Positions 21,036 to 32,072 of a DNA stretch of 64,000 bases are shown here, in pieces. Within the stretch, counting starts at the first letter, position 1; each line of letters opens with the position of its first letter. The position numbers were made by a program, and so were the translations under genes. Where the stretch lies: assembly GCA_038144055.1 (NCBI GenBank), contig JAYQNB010000003.1, forward strand, positions 1,269-65,268, given 5' to 3'. Under the pieces are notes generated by a model. It saw nothing but the letters and a program-made list of their open reading frames with translations. It had not been told where the DNA came from and did not search any database. Source of the stretch: Alphaproteobacteria bacterium (lineage in GTDB: Bacteria > Pseudomonadota > Alphaproteobacteria > Puniceispirillales > Puniceispirillaceae).

Positions 21036-22144
21036 CATTACCGAAGATGATGTGACCACAGCGCTCGGCGCGGTCATCGACCCGTCGCAGGGCAAGTCTG
21101 TGGTCGAGCTCGGCATGGTCGGGCCAATTCACATCAAGCAGAGCAATATCAGCTTCGCGCTGGAAGTGCCGGCCCATCGCGGGCCTGCGATGGAGCCTGT
21201 CCGCAAGGCTGCGGAAACCGCGGTTCGCGCCATTCCGGGCGTGACCAGCGCCACCGTGGTTGTGACGGCCCATTCGGGGCCGGCTGCTACATCCGGATCG
21301 GCATCTGCCAGTGGCGAGGATGACAGCGATGACGGGGTTGTCGAGCGTGTTCACGAGATCAAGGTCCGGCGCTTCGTCGCCGTTGCCTCGGGCAAGGGCG
21401 GGGTCGGAAAATCGACAACGGCCGTGAACCTCGCCATCGCCCTGCGGCTCGAGGGTCTGCGTGTCGGACTGCTTGACGCCGATGTCTATGGCCCGTCGCT
21501 GCCGCGGATGCTGGGTGTCAGCGGGCGTCCGGCCTCGGCCGGCGGCGATATGGTGCGGCCACTGGAGAATTACGGCGTGCAGCTGATGTCGATGGGGCTT
21601 CTTGTTCCAGACGATGTGGCGATGATCTGGCGTGGCCCGATGGTACAGTCCGCCCTGACCCAGATGCTGGATTCGGTGGCCTGGGGAACGCTCGACGTCA
21701 TCGTTATCGACTTGCCGCCCGGAACAGGCGACATCCAGATCTCGCTTGCGCAGCAGGTCAGCCTTGCCGGCGCCGTGGTGGTATCCACCCCGCAGGACAT
21801 TGCGCTGCTGGATGTGGTCAAGGCCATTACCATGTTCGACAAGGCCGAGGTGCCTGTTCTCGGCATGGTGCAAAACATGGCATACTGGGCCTGCCCCGAT
21901 TGCGGTCGCACTGACCATATCTTCGGTGACGGCGGTGCCGCCGCCGAGGCCGAGCGCCGCGGGATCGAGCTTCTTGGCGAGATTCCGCTGTCGCTTGAGG
22001 TGCGGACCGGCGGTGACTCCTGGCACGCCTGTTGTGGTGGCCAGCCCGCGCTCGGAGCAGGCAAAGACCTATCGCAGCATCGCCCGCCGGCTGATGGAAG
22101 TGGCTGATCTGCGCAAGGCGGATGAAGAGGAGGAGGAATCATGA
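21028..22144 (+). CDS. apbC: Mrp/NBP35 (ApbC) Fe-S carrier ATPase (frameshift near 22020)
   Basis: DUF59-like N-terminus, ASGKGGVGKST, DADVYGPS, DLPPGTGD, CPDC. Confidence 0.9.
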
Positions 22145-22932
22145 GCCTCTATTATGAAGATTTTCCCGGCGATGACGGTGCGGAACCGCAACTGCCGCCA
22201 CTGCTGACCGCGGTGAAGGTGCCTTCCGGCCAGAATGTGATGGCCAAGGCGCTGGCGTCGGGCGCGACGGCAGAGGTCGGCACGGTCTTCTATGGCGAGG
22301 ACACCGATGTCACCGACATCGCGCTGGTTCTTGGTCCCGAGGTGCCGCTGCGCAAGGCCGGCCAGATGCTGTATGCGATGATGATCGGCGTCGGCGACGC
22401 CATCGGCGCACTGGCGCCGCCAGAGGTGATTGTCGCCTATCAGCTTCCCGGTTATGTGCTGCTGAACCGCGGGCGCGCAGGCGCTGTCTGGGTGGCGACA
22501 GATCCGGCTGCCGGTCGCGAAGATGTGCCGTCCTGGATGATTGTCGGCGTCAGGATTGATATGGCCGTGCGGACCGGCAACGAGGATGTCTGGCGTGACG
22601 AAAGCGGCCTTGAATATACCTCGCTTGCTGAAGAGGGCGCTGGTTTCATTTCACGCACACGCCTGATCGAATCGATTTGCCGGCATTTTCTCGCCTGGGT
22701 GAATCGCTGGCAGGATGACGGGTTCCGCCCGCTTCATGATCTGTGGGTGCAACGACTTGAAGCCGGAAGCGAGATGGCTCTGGCGGATGGCAGCATCGCG
22801 GAATGGGTCGGGCTGGACGAGGATGGCGCGGCGCTGATCAAGCTGGATGGCAAGCCGGTAGGGTTGTTGCCGCACGAGTTCGAATCCGTTTGCGGGCCCA
22901 TCGGCCTCGCCTCTCTGGAAAGACGGCAGTGA
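22141..22932 (+). CDS. Biotin/lipoate ligase-fold protein (BPL_LplA_LipB_2/DUF4444-like)
   Basis: LPPLL, LVLGPEVPL, DAIGALAPPE, TSLAEEG, RHFLAWVNRWQDDGFRPLH, GLDEDG. Confidence 0.7.
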   Translation: MSLYYEDFPGDDGAEPQLPPLLTAVKVPSGQNVMAKALASGATAEVGTVFYGEDTDVTDIALVLGPEVPLRKAGQMLYAMMIGVGDAIGALAPPEVIVAYQLPGYVLLNRGRAGAVWVATDPAAGREDVPSWMIVGVRIDMAVRTGNEDVWRDESGLEYTSLAEEGAGFISRTRLIESICRHFLAWVNRWQDDGFRPLHDLWVQRLEAGSEMALADGSIAEWVGLDEDGAALIKLDGKPVGLLPHEFESVCGPIGLASLERRQ

Positions 22933-22936
22933 TCCC

Positions 22937-23416
22937 ATGAAGCTGGCGCGCACCATAAGGTTCGACCCGTCGGATCTGAATGTTTTCCCGGTGGCGGCCG
23001 AGGAAGGCGAATGGGCGCTTGTGGGAACATTCTGCTTTGCCGATGTGACGCCAGACGCGCTTAACGGCAAGCTGCGCCAGGCTTTCAGCAACGGGTTTCT
23101 TGGTGTGGAATCATTTGGATTTTCCACCCTTGTCAGCGTCGTATCCGTCCGCGACGGCGATGCTGACCGACTGGCCGAACAGGTGGCAAACGCGTTTGTC
23201 GAGCGGCTTGGTGCGCCGGATCTGGAAGTCGCGCGGGCGGCTGCCATCGAGGAGATCGGCTTCATGGCCGAGCTCTGCGGGCAACATAAGACAGGCACGT
23301 TGCTGACCATCCAGCGCGAACTTGGCGACAACGGCATCAGCGAGCGCTTCCGCAGCCTGTCGAAGCCGGAATCCTGCGCCGAGCAGAAAATCTGGACAAT
23401 GGTGGAAGAGGACTAG
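22937..23416 (+). CDS. DUF6505-like protein
   Basis: MKLARTIRFDPSDLNVF..AAEEGEWA, RQAFSNGFLGVESFGFST; family recalled from FDH clusters. Confidence 0.7.
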   Translation: MKLARTIRFDPSDLNVFPVAAEEGEWALVGTFCFADVTPDALNGKLRQAFSNGFLGVESFGFSTLVSVVSVRDGDADRLAEQVANAFVERLGAPDLEVARAAAIEEIGFMAELCGQHKTGTLLTIQRELGDNGISERFRSLSKPESCAEQKIWTMVEED

Positions 23417-23444
23417 GGCACGCGCGTGCCGAAAGGGGAACAGG

Positions 23445-24431
23445 GTGACACAGGATTTCTGGCTTACATCCGGATGGCATCTGCTGCAGCGTGACGTCGA
23501 CGGCCATCTGGTCCCGACAAGCGATTTCATGATGGCCTATTTCGCTCGTGACGAGGTCGCGCCGCAGGAGGATTCCTGCGATGCGGAGCTGGCGCTTCAC
23601 GCCCGGCTCAGTGCCGAGCCCTTTGCCGCGGTCAGCGAGGAAGAGCTCGACGCCATCAAGGACCGGGACGTCGTCCATAACTATCGTGCCGTGCTGGCCT
23701 TCCGCGATTTCCTTGCCCAGCATGCAACACTGGAATCCGCCTATCTGGCGGTGGTGCGCGGTGCACCGGTGAATTTTCCGCCGCTGTTTCTGGAACAGAT
23801 GACGCAGATCATCCTGCGCTCGATCCTCGATGGTGAGACGGACACGATGAAACTGCGTGCCGCCGAATGCCTGTTCCGGTTCCAGACTGTAACCCTTGAT
23901 GACGGGCGCATCATGGTGGCAGACCACGCCACCGTGCAGCTTCAGGCGGGCATGGCGCGGATGCTGCAGGAAGGCGAGACGCCCGACGAGGTCAGCATCG
24001 ACATCCTCGCCACCGAGACGGCGGATGAATACTGGTCGCGCTCCGACATGTTCAACACCTCGGTCGATCTTGCTTACACCCAGCCTGCGCTGGACGGGTT
24101 GTGCCGCGTGATGGAGGGCTGGATTCGCCATTTCCTCGGCGTGACCACCCGCATCCAGCCGATGCGCGAAATCACCGACGAGGCATGGTCCTGGCATATC
24201 GGGCTGGATTCGGTTTCGACCGCCATCCTCAACGACCTCTATCAGGGCGAAGAGGTGCAGGAGGACAGGCTGCGCCTGATCCTGTGCCTGTTCAGTCTCG
24301 AGGCGGACGAGGGGTTCGTTCCCGAAATGGCCGGGCGCAAGGTCTATCTCGTCCTGTCTATGGACGAGACCGGCACCGTACGGATGAAGCCGCAGAACCT
24401 GCTTGTCAACCTGCCGCTGGCAAACAGCTGA
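23445..24431 (+). CDS. DUF6352-like protein
   Basis: DFWLTSGWHLL, PPLFLEQM, WSWHIGLD, MKPQNLLVNLP. Confidence 0.7.
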   Translation: MTQDFWLTSGWHLLQRDVDGHLVPTSDFMMAYFARDEVAPQEDSCDAELALHARLSAEPFAAVSEEELDAIKDRDVVHNYRAVLAFRDFLAQHATLESAYLAVVRGAPVNFPPLFLEQMTQIILRSILDGETDTMKLRAAECLFRFQTVTLDDGRIMVADHATVQLQAGMARMLQEGETPDEVSIDILATETADEYWSRSDMFNTSVDLAYTQPALDGLCRVMEGWIRHFLGVTTRIQPMREITDEAWSWHIGLDSVSTAILNDLYQGEEVQEDRLRLILCLFSLEADEGFVPEMAGRKVYLVLSMDETGTVRMKPQNLLVNLPLANS

Positions 24432-24447
24432 CGGCGCGGTCGGTCGC

Positions 24448-26465
24448 CTAGTTCAGATAATCGTCCGTGGTGCGCGGCTTGCGGCGTTCGCCGACATCCA
24501 TCAGCCGGTCATCCTCGTCGAACATCGCGCCCACGCGGCAGTCCTCGCACATCTTCAGCATGTCGAGCTGCTTGCCGCCGGTAAACATACTGTGGCCCTC
24601 GAGCTTGGCCATCACGCGCTCGATCGATCGGGTGCTGCCGAACGGCTTGCCACAGCCGGTACAATGGAACGGTGTGTCCTCGATCACCAGCTCTGCGTTC
24701 ATGGCGCTGTCGGCAAGATTGAATTGCGGCACGAGATTGATGACCTTCTCCGGGCAGGTCGCCACGCAGATGCCGCATTGCAGGCAGGCATCCTCGCGGA
24801 ACAGCAGCTGCGGTGCGTCCGGATTGTCCTGCAGCGCGCCTGCCGGACAGGCGCTGACACAGGACAGGCAGATGGTGCAGTTGTCGGTGTCGATCTCGAC
24901 CCGTCCATAGGGTGCACCTTCGGGAAGCGGGATCGCCGCGTCGCCCACATTCTGGGCGCCGGCAAGGCCGCGCATCGCCAGACGCGTGATGCCGCGCGGG
25001 CTGCCAATCGGGCTGAAAGGCGCGGGCTTCGGTGATTTTTTCGGGCGCACGCCGCGCATCTGTTCGGCGACCTTGTCCGGGTCGGCTTCGTCAATGACGA
25101 GGAAACGCGCCGCGTCATCCGCGCCCACGCCATCCATCAGGGCCCTCGCAAGCGCGATCTGGGCGGTAACCTGGTTGCATCATCCGTCTTTGCCGGATTG
25201 GTGATAACGACCACCTGCTCATATCCCTGAGCCACGGCCGTTACCAGCAGATCATGACCGACGCGTCCGATGCTGTGCATCGTCATCGGCAGCATGTCAG
25301 CGGGCAGGCCAGAGCCGAAGCGCGCCATCATCTCTATGACCTGTGCGCCGTGCGTTTCATCTGCCAGCAACAGGCGCGGTGTCTTGCCGCCGGCCTCGAG
25401 ATAATGATCCAGCATGGTGGCCATCTGCTGGCCGAACATATCGGCAGCCGGCACCACTGTCTGAGCCGCACCGGACGGGCAGACGGCACCGCAATAGCCG
25501 CATCCACCGCATATCGCCGGGTCGATCGCGACCGTGTCGCCAGCCGCGGTGATGGCGCCTGCCGGGCACACATCGAGACAGCGTGAGCATCCGTTCAGGC
25601 TGTTGCGTGAATGAGCGCACAGATCTGCATCGTAATCGACATAGATCGGCTTTTCGAAATCCCCGATCATTTCGGCTGCCTCGGCCGCGAGGCTTTTCAG
25701 CCGCAGGCTGTCTTCGGCATCGGCACGAAGATAGCCGTCCCGCTTCTCCCAGCCGGTGAAAAGTGGTGTGCCGCCGGTGATGTCGATGATCAGGTCACAG
25801 CCTGATTCAACGTCATCCTGTGGTTCGTCAAACGTCACGAAGCTGCGGCTTGACGGATTGGCCGAAGCAAAGCCGTCAATCACAAGATCAAAGGCGGTGA
25901 AATGGCCGGATGCCTTGCGAATGGTGCCGCGGGTCATCATGCCACTGTCGCCGCCTGCCATCATGTCGTCGCCGGCATTGGTGATCATCACTGTCACGCC
26001 AAGGCTGTCCTTCAGGGTGCCGGCCAGTTCCATCGCCGCCTCAACCCCGTTGCCGCGGGCGCCGTCGGCATAAATCAGGCAGCGCCCGTTCGAGGTCAGG
26101 GTCAGACTGCGCGCCGCTGTGCCGGGTTCGGTCGCCATACGCAGCAGGGCGGCCATTTTTGGAAGTGTTCCCTTGTCTTCGCTCCAGCCGGCGAATTCGC
26201 GAATATTCACAAAATCCGGCACTGGCTTGCCAAGCTCCTCGGCAACCGAGGTGAATACCGGTGCTTCCTGCGTGCAGGCGACAACCAGTGATGCACCGTC
26301 GGATATATCGAGTGCTGCCTCGTACCGGTCGATCTGGTCACGGCAAAGCGAGGTGGCGACCGTGCAGCCGTCCGCAGACCCGCAGGCCTTTCCCAGTTTG
26401 GCGCCATCGATAGTCATGGTGCCGGCGCAATCGCAGACAAGCACCTCTTGGCCTGACAATTTCAT
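24448..26465 (-). CDS. Multi-[4Fe-4S] protein (frameshift near 25170)
   Basis: CSRCLDVCP, CGGCGYCGAVCP, CTICLSCVSACP, CLQCGICVATCP, CTGC...CEDC; joins ORFs 25137..26516 and 24448..25137. Confidence 0.9.
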
Positions 26466-26702
26466 CAATATTCCTCCCGACCGGATCCGGCGTGGCTGGG
26501 CGCGATGTTTTGGCATCTTTGCGCCGACAGCTTTCTTTGCCTAGGGTAAACCACGTTAGCAGATTCACGGGGCCAAGCATCGTCGCAAGGTGAGCCAAAT
26601 GGTCACGGGTCGTCCGGACTCGGTGCTCGGGGCGTGCCAATCTGGTGAATGGGGCTGATGCACGGAGGAGCCGGCAATTCACAGGCCGGCAAGTGGGGTA
26701 GC

Positions 26703-27308
26703 ATGAGCGGTGTCGCAACACCTTTGGACAAACACGTCTTGTATGGCGTTCGTGTGATCGTCGAGAAACAGCCGCTGGACAATATCTGGCAGCCGTTCCG
26801 CTGGGTGATTAGTGATCTGATGCCGTTGCAGCCACAGGCCGGCGGCGGCGCGCCGCCAATCAACAACACGCGTCTCGAGCGGCTCCGTGCCCATGGCGGG
26901 ATCGCAACCGGCGACGATCTGTTCTTCGCCGACGCCTGGCTCGACCTGCATCATGCCGAAGCCGAGGCCTATGCCGAAAATCTGGCCTCCAGCGATCCGG
27001 CTATCTACCTGGTGTTGCGGCATGGTGAGGAAGAGGACGAGGACGAGCTGGATACGGCGGTTGGTGAGGATGCGCCCGACATGCATGTCGCCGAGCTCAG
27101 CCTGTCGCCCTACAACATTCAGGATTACGAGGATTGCGGCGAAGATCAGGTGGAGAAACTGCCACTCGCCGGTCCGATCAAGGAATTCGTCTCTGCCTTC
27201 GTCGATGCGCATTACCATCCCGAGCCGTTCAAGAAGCGCCAGCGCGACAAGGCCAATCTCGACGCACGGACTGGCGGACGCGCCGATCCGCGGCTGCGGC
27301 GCCAGTAG
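26703..27308 (+). CDS. DUF3305-like protein
   Basis: LHHAEAEAYAENL..PAIYLVLR, HYHPEPFKKRQRD. Confidence 0.75.
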   Translation: MSGVATPLDKHVLYGVRVIVEKQPLDNIWQPFRWVISDLMPLQPQAGGGAPPINNTRLERLRAHGGIATGDDLFFADAWLDLHHAEAEAYAENLASSDPAIYLVLRHGEEEDEDELDTAVGEDAPDMHVAELSLSPYNIQDYEDCGEDQVEKLPLAGPIKEFVSAFVDAHYHPEPFKKRQRDKANLDARTGGRADPRLRRQ

Positions 27309-27319
27309 GATCAGGAACG

Positions 27320-28082
27320 ATGGTCGATAACGAAGGCCCAAGCCGCATTTCGAGATCACTTTCGGCCCGTATGCGCCGCAAGGAACAGGTGGCCCGCGGC
27401 GAGGATGTGCCCGAAACGCTGGAAGAGGAGCAGGCGGCGGCGAATGCCCCTGCGCCCGATCCGACAGCCGAATCCGAAGAAGATGCGGCGCTGGATGATG
27501 GTCAGCTCCTGCAAAAATATGGCCTGACCAATCCCGAAGAGATCGAGGATGAGGCGGGTCTCGAGGCGTTTCATGGAGAACGGCCTGCCTGACCGGTTGC
27601 GACAGATGGCGCTTCGCCGGATGTGGCGGCTGAACCCGATGTTCCGCTTCGCCGACGAGATGGTCGAATATGGCGAGAACTACACCGACGCCGCGACGGT
27701 GATCGACGGCATGACCACTGCTTATCAGGTCGGCAAGGGCTATCTCCAGAAGGCGTTCAATGCGCTGGATGATGAAGAGGGTGATGCCGAAGGTGGCGAT
27801 CTGCCCGGGTCCGGTGATGACAAGGCCGCACAGCCGGCTGCTCAGGATGATCAGGAAGAAGAAGCCGGCAAGACATCTGCAAAGGACGCCGAACAGGCCG
27901 CCAGTGACGCGGGGGAAGAGGCGACTGCCGTTCCGCAAACCGGGGCAGTCGAGGTTGCGGTATCCGAAGAGGTTTCGCCGGCTGTCCCCATGCAAGCTGT
28001 CCCCACGCAGGATGAGCTGCCGTCCGAAGAGCCGCCGCGTCCGCGTCCGCAACGCATGACATTTCGCCGTCCGGCAGGCTGA
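27320..28082 (+). CDS. DUF3306-like protein (frameshift near 27560)
   Basis: LRQMALRRMWRLNP, EYGENYTDAA, TAYQVGKG; acidic low-complexity tail. Confidence 0.75.
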
Positions 28083-28258
28083 CCAAACCGTCTGCCCCCG
28101 GTTCGGGTATGCGTCAGTACGTCACACAGCCACTCTGCAAAAAGACCGTTCGGCTGTTTGGTATTGTTGATTTTCTATGATAGCGTTTTCTTTGATCTCT
28201 TAAAAATCAGGACAATAATGTCCAGAGATCGGGGTTCTTGTGGGGAGGACAGAGCTGC

Positions 28259-28876
28259 ATGGCCGCTACAGCGCCGGATAACACAGCTTCTTTGACGGAT
28301 GAGGATCGCCTGCGCGCCGATATGTATGCGCTGCTCGGCGAACTGCTGCGCAAGGAGCCTGCCGACGAGGTAATTGCCACAGTTGCCGGGTTCCAGGGCG
28401 ACGGCTCGGAAATCGGCTCGGCAAGCAGCGTTCTTGCCACCCTTGCCGGCAAACTGTCAGGCAACGAAATCCGCGATGAATATATGCGCCTTTTCATTGG
28501 CGTCGGACGCGGTGAAATCCTCCCTTTTGCATCCTATTATCTGACCGGGTTACTGAACGACAAGCCGCTCGCCAACCTCCGCAATGACATGACGGAGCTG
28601 GGCATTGAGCGGGCCGAGGGCGTCAAGGACCCCGAAGACCACATCGCCAGCATGTTCGACATTATGAGCGGGATGATCCGCGGTGCCTTTGGCGCACCGA
28701 AGGACCTCGCCGAGCAGGCACGGTTTTTCAAAAAGCATATCGAGCCGTGGGCTCCGCTTCTGATGCAGGACATCGAAGCGGCGAAGTCGGCTGTGTTTTA
28801 TGCGCCCGTCGGCACGATCGGCCGGGCGTTCATGGATATCGAAAGTGCTGCTTTCGATATGGGGGAGGCGGGGTAG
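28259..28876 (+). CDS. TorD/DmsD-family molybdoenzyme chaperone
   Basis: EYMRLFIGVGRGEILPFASYY, PEDHIA, FFKKHIEPW. Confidence 0.9.
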   Translation: MAATAPDNTASLTDEDRLRADMYALLGELLRKEPADEVIATVAGFQGDGSEIGSASSVLATLAGKLSGNEIRDEYMRLFIGVGRGEILPFASYYLTGLLNDKPLANLRNDMTELGIERAEGVKDPEDHIASMFDIMSGMIRGAFGAPKDLAEQARFFKKHIEPWAPLLMQDIEAAKSAVFYAPVGTIGRAFMDIESAAFDMGEAG

Positions 28877-28942
28877 CGAAAGGCTCCTGTTTCCGAAGGG
28901 CAGGCCGCGGCCTTATGCGGCGTCATTTTGGAGGATGAAGAA

Positions 28943-29140
28943 ATGACAGACAACAAAGAGAAGAAGGGCGTCGAGGATCGGCGTGACTTTCTCAAGAAAG
29001 CCGCTTTGTCGGTTGCTGCTGCCGGTACGGCTGCGGTTGCCAGCAAGTCGGCAAGCGCTGACGAGGCGCTGGATACGTCAGGCACTGGCTATCGGGTGAC
29101 CGATCACGTCAAGGCCTTCTACAAGTCCGCACGCTTCTAA
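28943..29140 (+). CDS. Small twin-arginine protein preceding FDH alpha
   Basis: RRDFLKKA Tat motif; [18 protein letters not shown]-terminus. Confidence 0.85.
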   Translation: MTDNKEKKGVEDRRDFLKKAALSVAAAGTAAVASKSASADEALDTSGTGYRVTDHVKAFYKSARF

Positions 29141-29166
29141 TCAGCTTTTTCCTGGAGGAGACAACT

Positions 29167-32060
29167 ATGCTTAAGAAGAAGAGGTCAGGGGTAGCGAAAA
29201 GCCCCCAGTCATCGTCTTTTTTCGGTAAGGTTGCCGATAAGACCATCGACCGTCGTGCATTCCTGCGCGGCTCGGGTCTTGCGATCGGGGGTCTGACGAC
29301 CGCCGTCGCGCTGACTGGCACCAACGTTCGTCAGGCACAGGCATCTGTGTCCGGCGCAGCAGCCGAAATCAAGAAAACCGTCTGTACCCACTGTTCTGTC
29401 GGTTGTACCGTCATGGCAGAAGTCCAGAACGGTGTATGGACCGGTCAGGAGCCTGGCTGGGACAGCCCGATCAACCTCGGCGCGCATTGTGCCAAGGGTG
29501 CGTCGGTTCGTGAAACCGCCAGCGGCGAGCGCCGTCTGAAGTACCCGCTGAAGCTTGTCGGCGGCAAGTGGACGCGCATGAGCTGGGCCGACGCGATCAA
29601 CGAGATCGGCGCCCAGATGCTCGACATCCGCGACAAGTCGGGACCGGATTCGGTTTACTGGCTCGGATCGGCGAAGCACAACAACGAACAGGCCTACCTG
29701 TTCCGTAAGCTCTACGCTTACTGGGGTTCCAACAATGGTGACCACCAGGCGCGTATCTGTCACTCGACCACAGTTGCCGGTGTTGCGAACACCTGGGGCT
29801 ATGGTGCGATGACCAACTCCTACAACGACATCCACAACTCACGTGCGATTTTCGTGATCGGCGGCAACCCTGCCGAAGCACACCCTGTTTCGCTGCTTCA
29901 CCTGCTGAAGGCGAAGGAACAGAACAACGCACCGCTGATCGTCTGTGACCCGCGCTTTACGCGCACGGCAGCGCATGCCGACGAATATGTGCGCTTCCGC
30001 CCGGGCGCCGACGTGGCCCTGATCTGGGGCATCATGTGGCACATCTTCGAAAACGGCTGGGAAGACAAGGAATTCATCCGTCAGCGCGTTTACGGGATGG
30101 AGGATGTCCAGGCCGAGGTCGCAAAATGGACCCCGGAAGAGACCGAGCGTGTAACCGGCGTGCCTGGCTCGCAGCTGAAGCGTGTAGCCCAGCTGATGGC
30201 CAACAACCGCCCCGGCACCTTCATCTGGTGCATGGGTGGTACGCAGCACACCAACGGTAACAACAACACCCGTGCCTACTGCGCGTTGCAGCTGGCTCTC
30301 GGAAACATGGGCGTCGCCGGTGGCGGTGCCAACATCTTCCGCGGCCACGACAACGTTCAGGGCGCCACCGACTTCTGCGTTCTCTCGCACTCGCTGCCTG
30401 GCTATTACGGCCTGTCTGCAGGTGCCTGGAAGCACTGGTCGCGTGTATGGGGCGAAGACTACGAGTGGATCAAGGCTCGCTTCGACAGCATCACCGGCAA
30501 GGACGGCAAGGCCAAGAGCCTGATGAACCTGAAAGGTATCCCGGTTTCGCGCTGGATCGACGGTGTTCTCGAGGACAAGGACAACATGGACCAGCCGGAC
30601 AATGTCCGTGCCATGGTGTTCTGGGGCCACGCCCGAACTCGCAGACCCGTATGAAGGAAATGAAGACGGCGATGGAAAAGCTCGACCTGATGGTCGTGAT
30701 CGATCCGTATCCGACTGTTTCCGCGGTTCTGTCGATAGACCGTACCGACGGCGTGTATCTGCTGCCGGCGACGACGCAGTTCGAGACCTACGGGTCGGTA
30801 ACCGCATCGAACCGCTCGCTGCAGTGGCGTGAAAAGGTCATCGAGCCGTCCTTCGATTCGCTGCCTGACCACACCATCATCTACAAATTCGCCAAGAAGC
30901 TGGGCTTTGCTGACCGCATGTTCCGCAACATCTCGGTGGACAATGATGAGCCGCTGATCGAAGACGTGACCCGCGAATTCAACAAGGGCATGTGGACGAT
31001 CGGTTACACCGGCCAGTCGCCTGAGCGTATGAAAGCGCACATGGCGAACCAGCACGTCTTCGACAAGACAACGCTGCAGGCTGTCGGTGGCGAGCTCGAC
31101 GGTGACTATTACGGTCTTCCCTGGCCTTGCTGGGGCACGGCTGAAATGGGTCATCCGGGCACTCCGTTGCTGTACGACACAAACAAGCCGGTCGCCGAAG
31201 GCGGTCTCTGCTTCCGTGCCCGTTTCGGGGTCGAGCATGAAGGTAACAACCTTCTTGCCGAAGGCTCCTATCCGGTCGGATCCGAGATCAAGGACGGTTA
31301 TCCCGAGTTCACCATGGCCATGCTGAAGAAGCTTGGCTGGGATGGCGATCTCACAGCGGATGAGCGTGCGACGATCGACGGCATTGCCGGTGACAAGACG
31401 AACTGGAAAGTCGACCTTTCGGGCGGCATCCAGCGTGTTGCCATCAAGCATGGCTGTGCTCCGTTCGGTAACGCCAAGGCACGGGTCAAGGTCTGGACAT
31501 TCCCGGATCCGATCCCGCTTCACCGTGAGCCGCTGTACACGTCGCGTCGCGATCTGGTTGCGGACTATCCGACCTATTCGGACCGTAAGCTGTATCGCCT
31601 TCCGACACTGTACAAGTCGATCCAGGATGTCGATCACTCCGGCGATTATCCGATCATTCTGACCTCCGGTCGTCTGGTCGAATATGAAGGCGGTGGTGAC
31701 GAGACCCGTTCGAACCCGTGGCTGGCTGAACTGCAGCAGGACATGTTCGTCGAGATCAACCCGTTCGATGCGAACGGCAAGTCGATCCGCGACGGTGACA
31801 TGGTCTGGGTAGGAACGCCGGAAGGTGCGCGGATCAAGGTCATGGCCATGGTCACAGAGCGTGTCGCCCGGGGCGTTGCCTTCCTCCCGTTCCACTTCGG
31901 TGGTCACTTGGAGGGCAAGGATCTTCGTGACAAGTATCCGGAAGGTGCAGATCCGTATGTTCTCGGCGAAGCCGCGAACACGGCCATGACCTACGGCTAC
32001 GACTCGGTAACCCTGATGCAGGAGACGAAGTGTTCTCTCTGCAACATCGAACGTGCGTAA
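29167..32060 (+). CDS. fdhA: Periplasmic formate dehydrogenase alpha subunit, Mo/W-bisPGD, Cys ligand (frameshift near 30633)
   Basis: Tat motif RRAFLRG; CTHCSVGC...HCAKG; QARICHSTT; FRGHDNVQG; WGHA/PNSQTR across the frameshift; SGRLVEY. Confidence 0.95.
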
Positions 32061-32072
32061 AGGGAGGCTATA

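Noticed and set aside
29167-32060. Split fdhA as selenocysteine readthrough or programmed frameshift
   Set aside because: The metal ligand is Cys (ICHSTT, codon TGT). The break near 30633 is a one-base indel within WGHAPNSQTR, like many others in the window.
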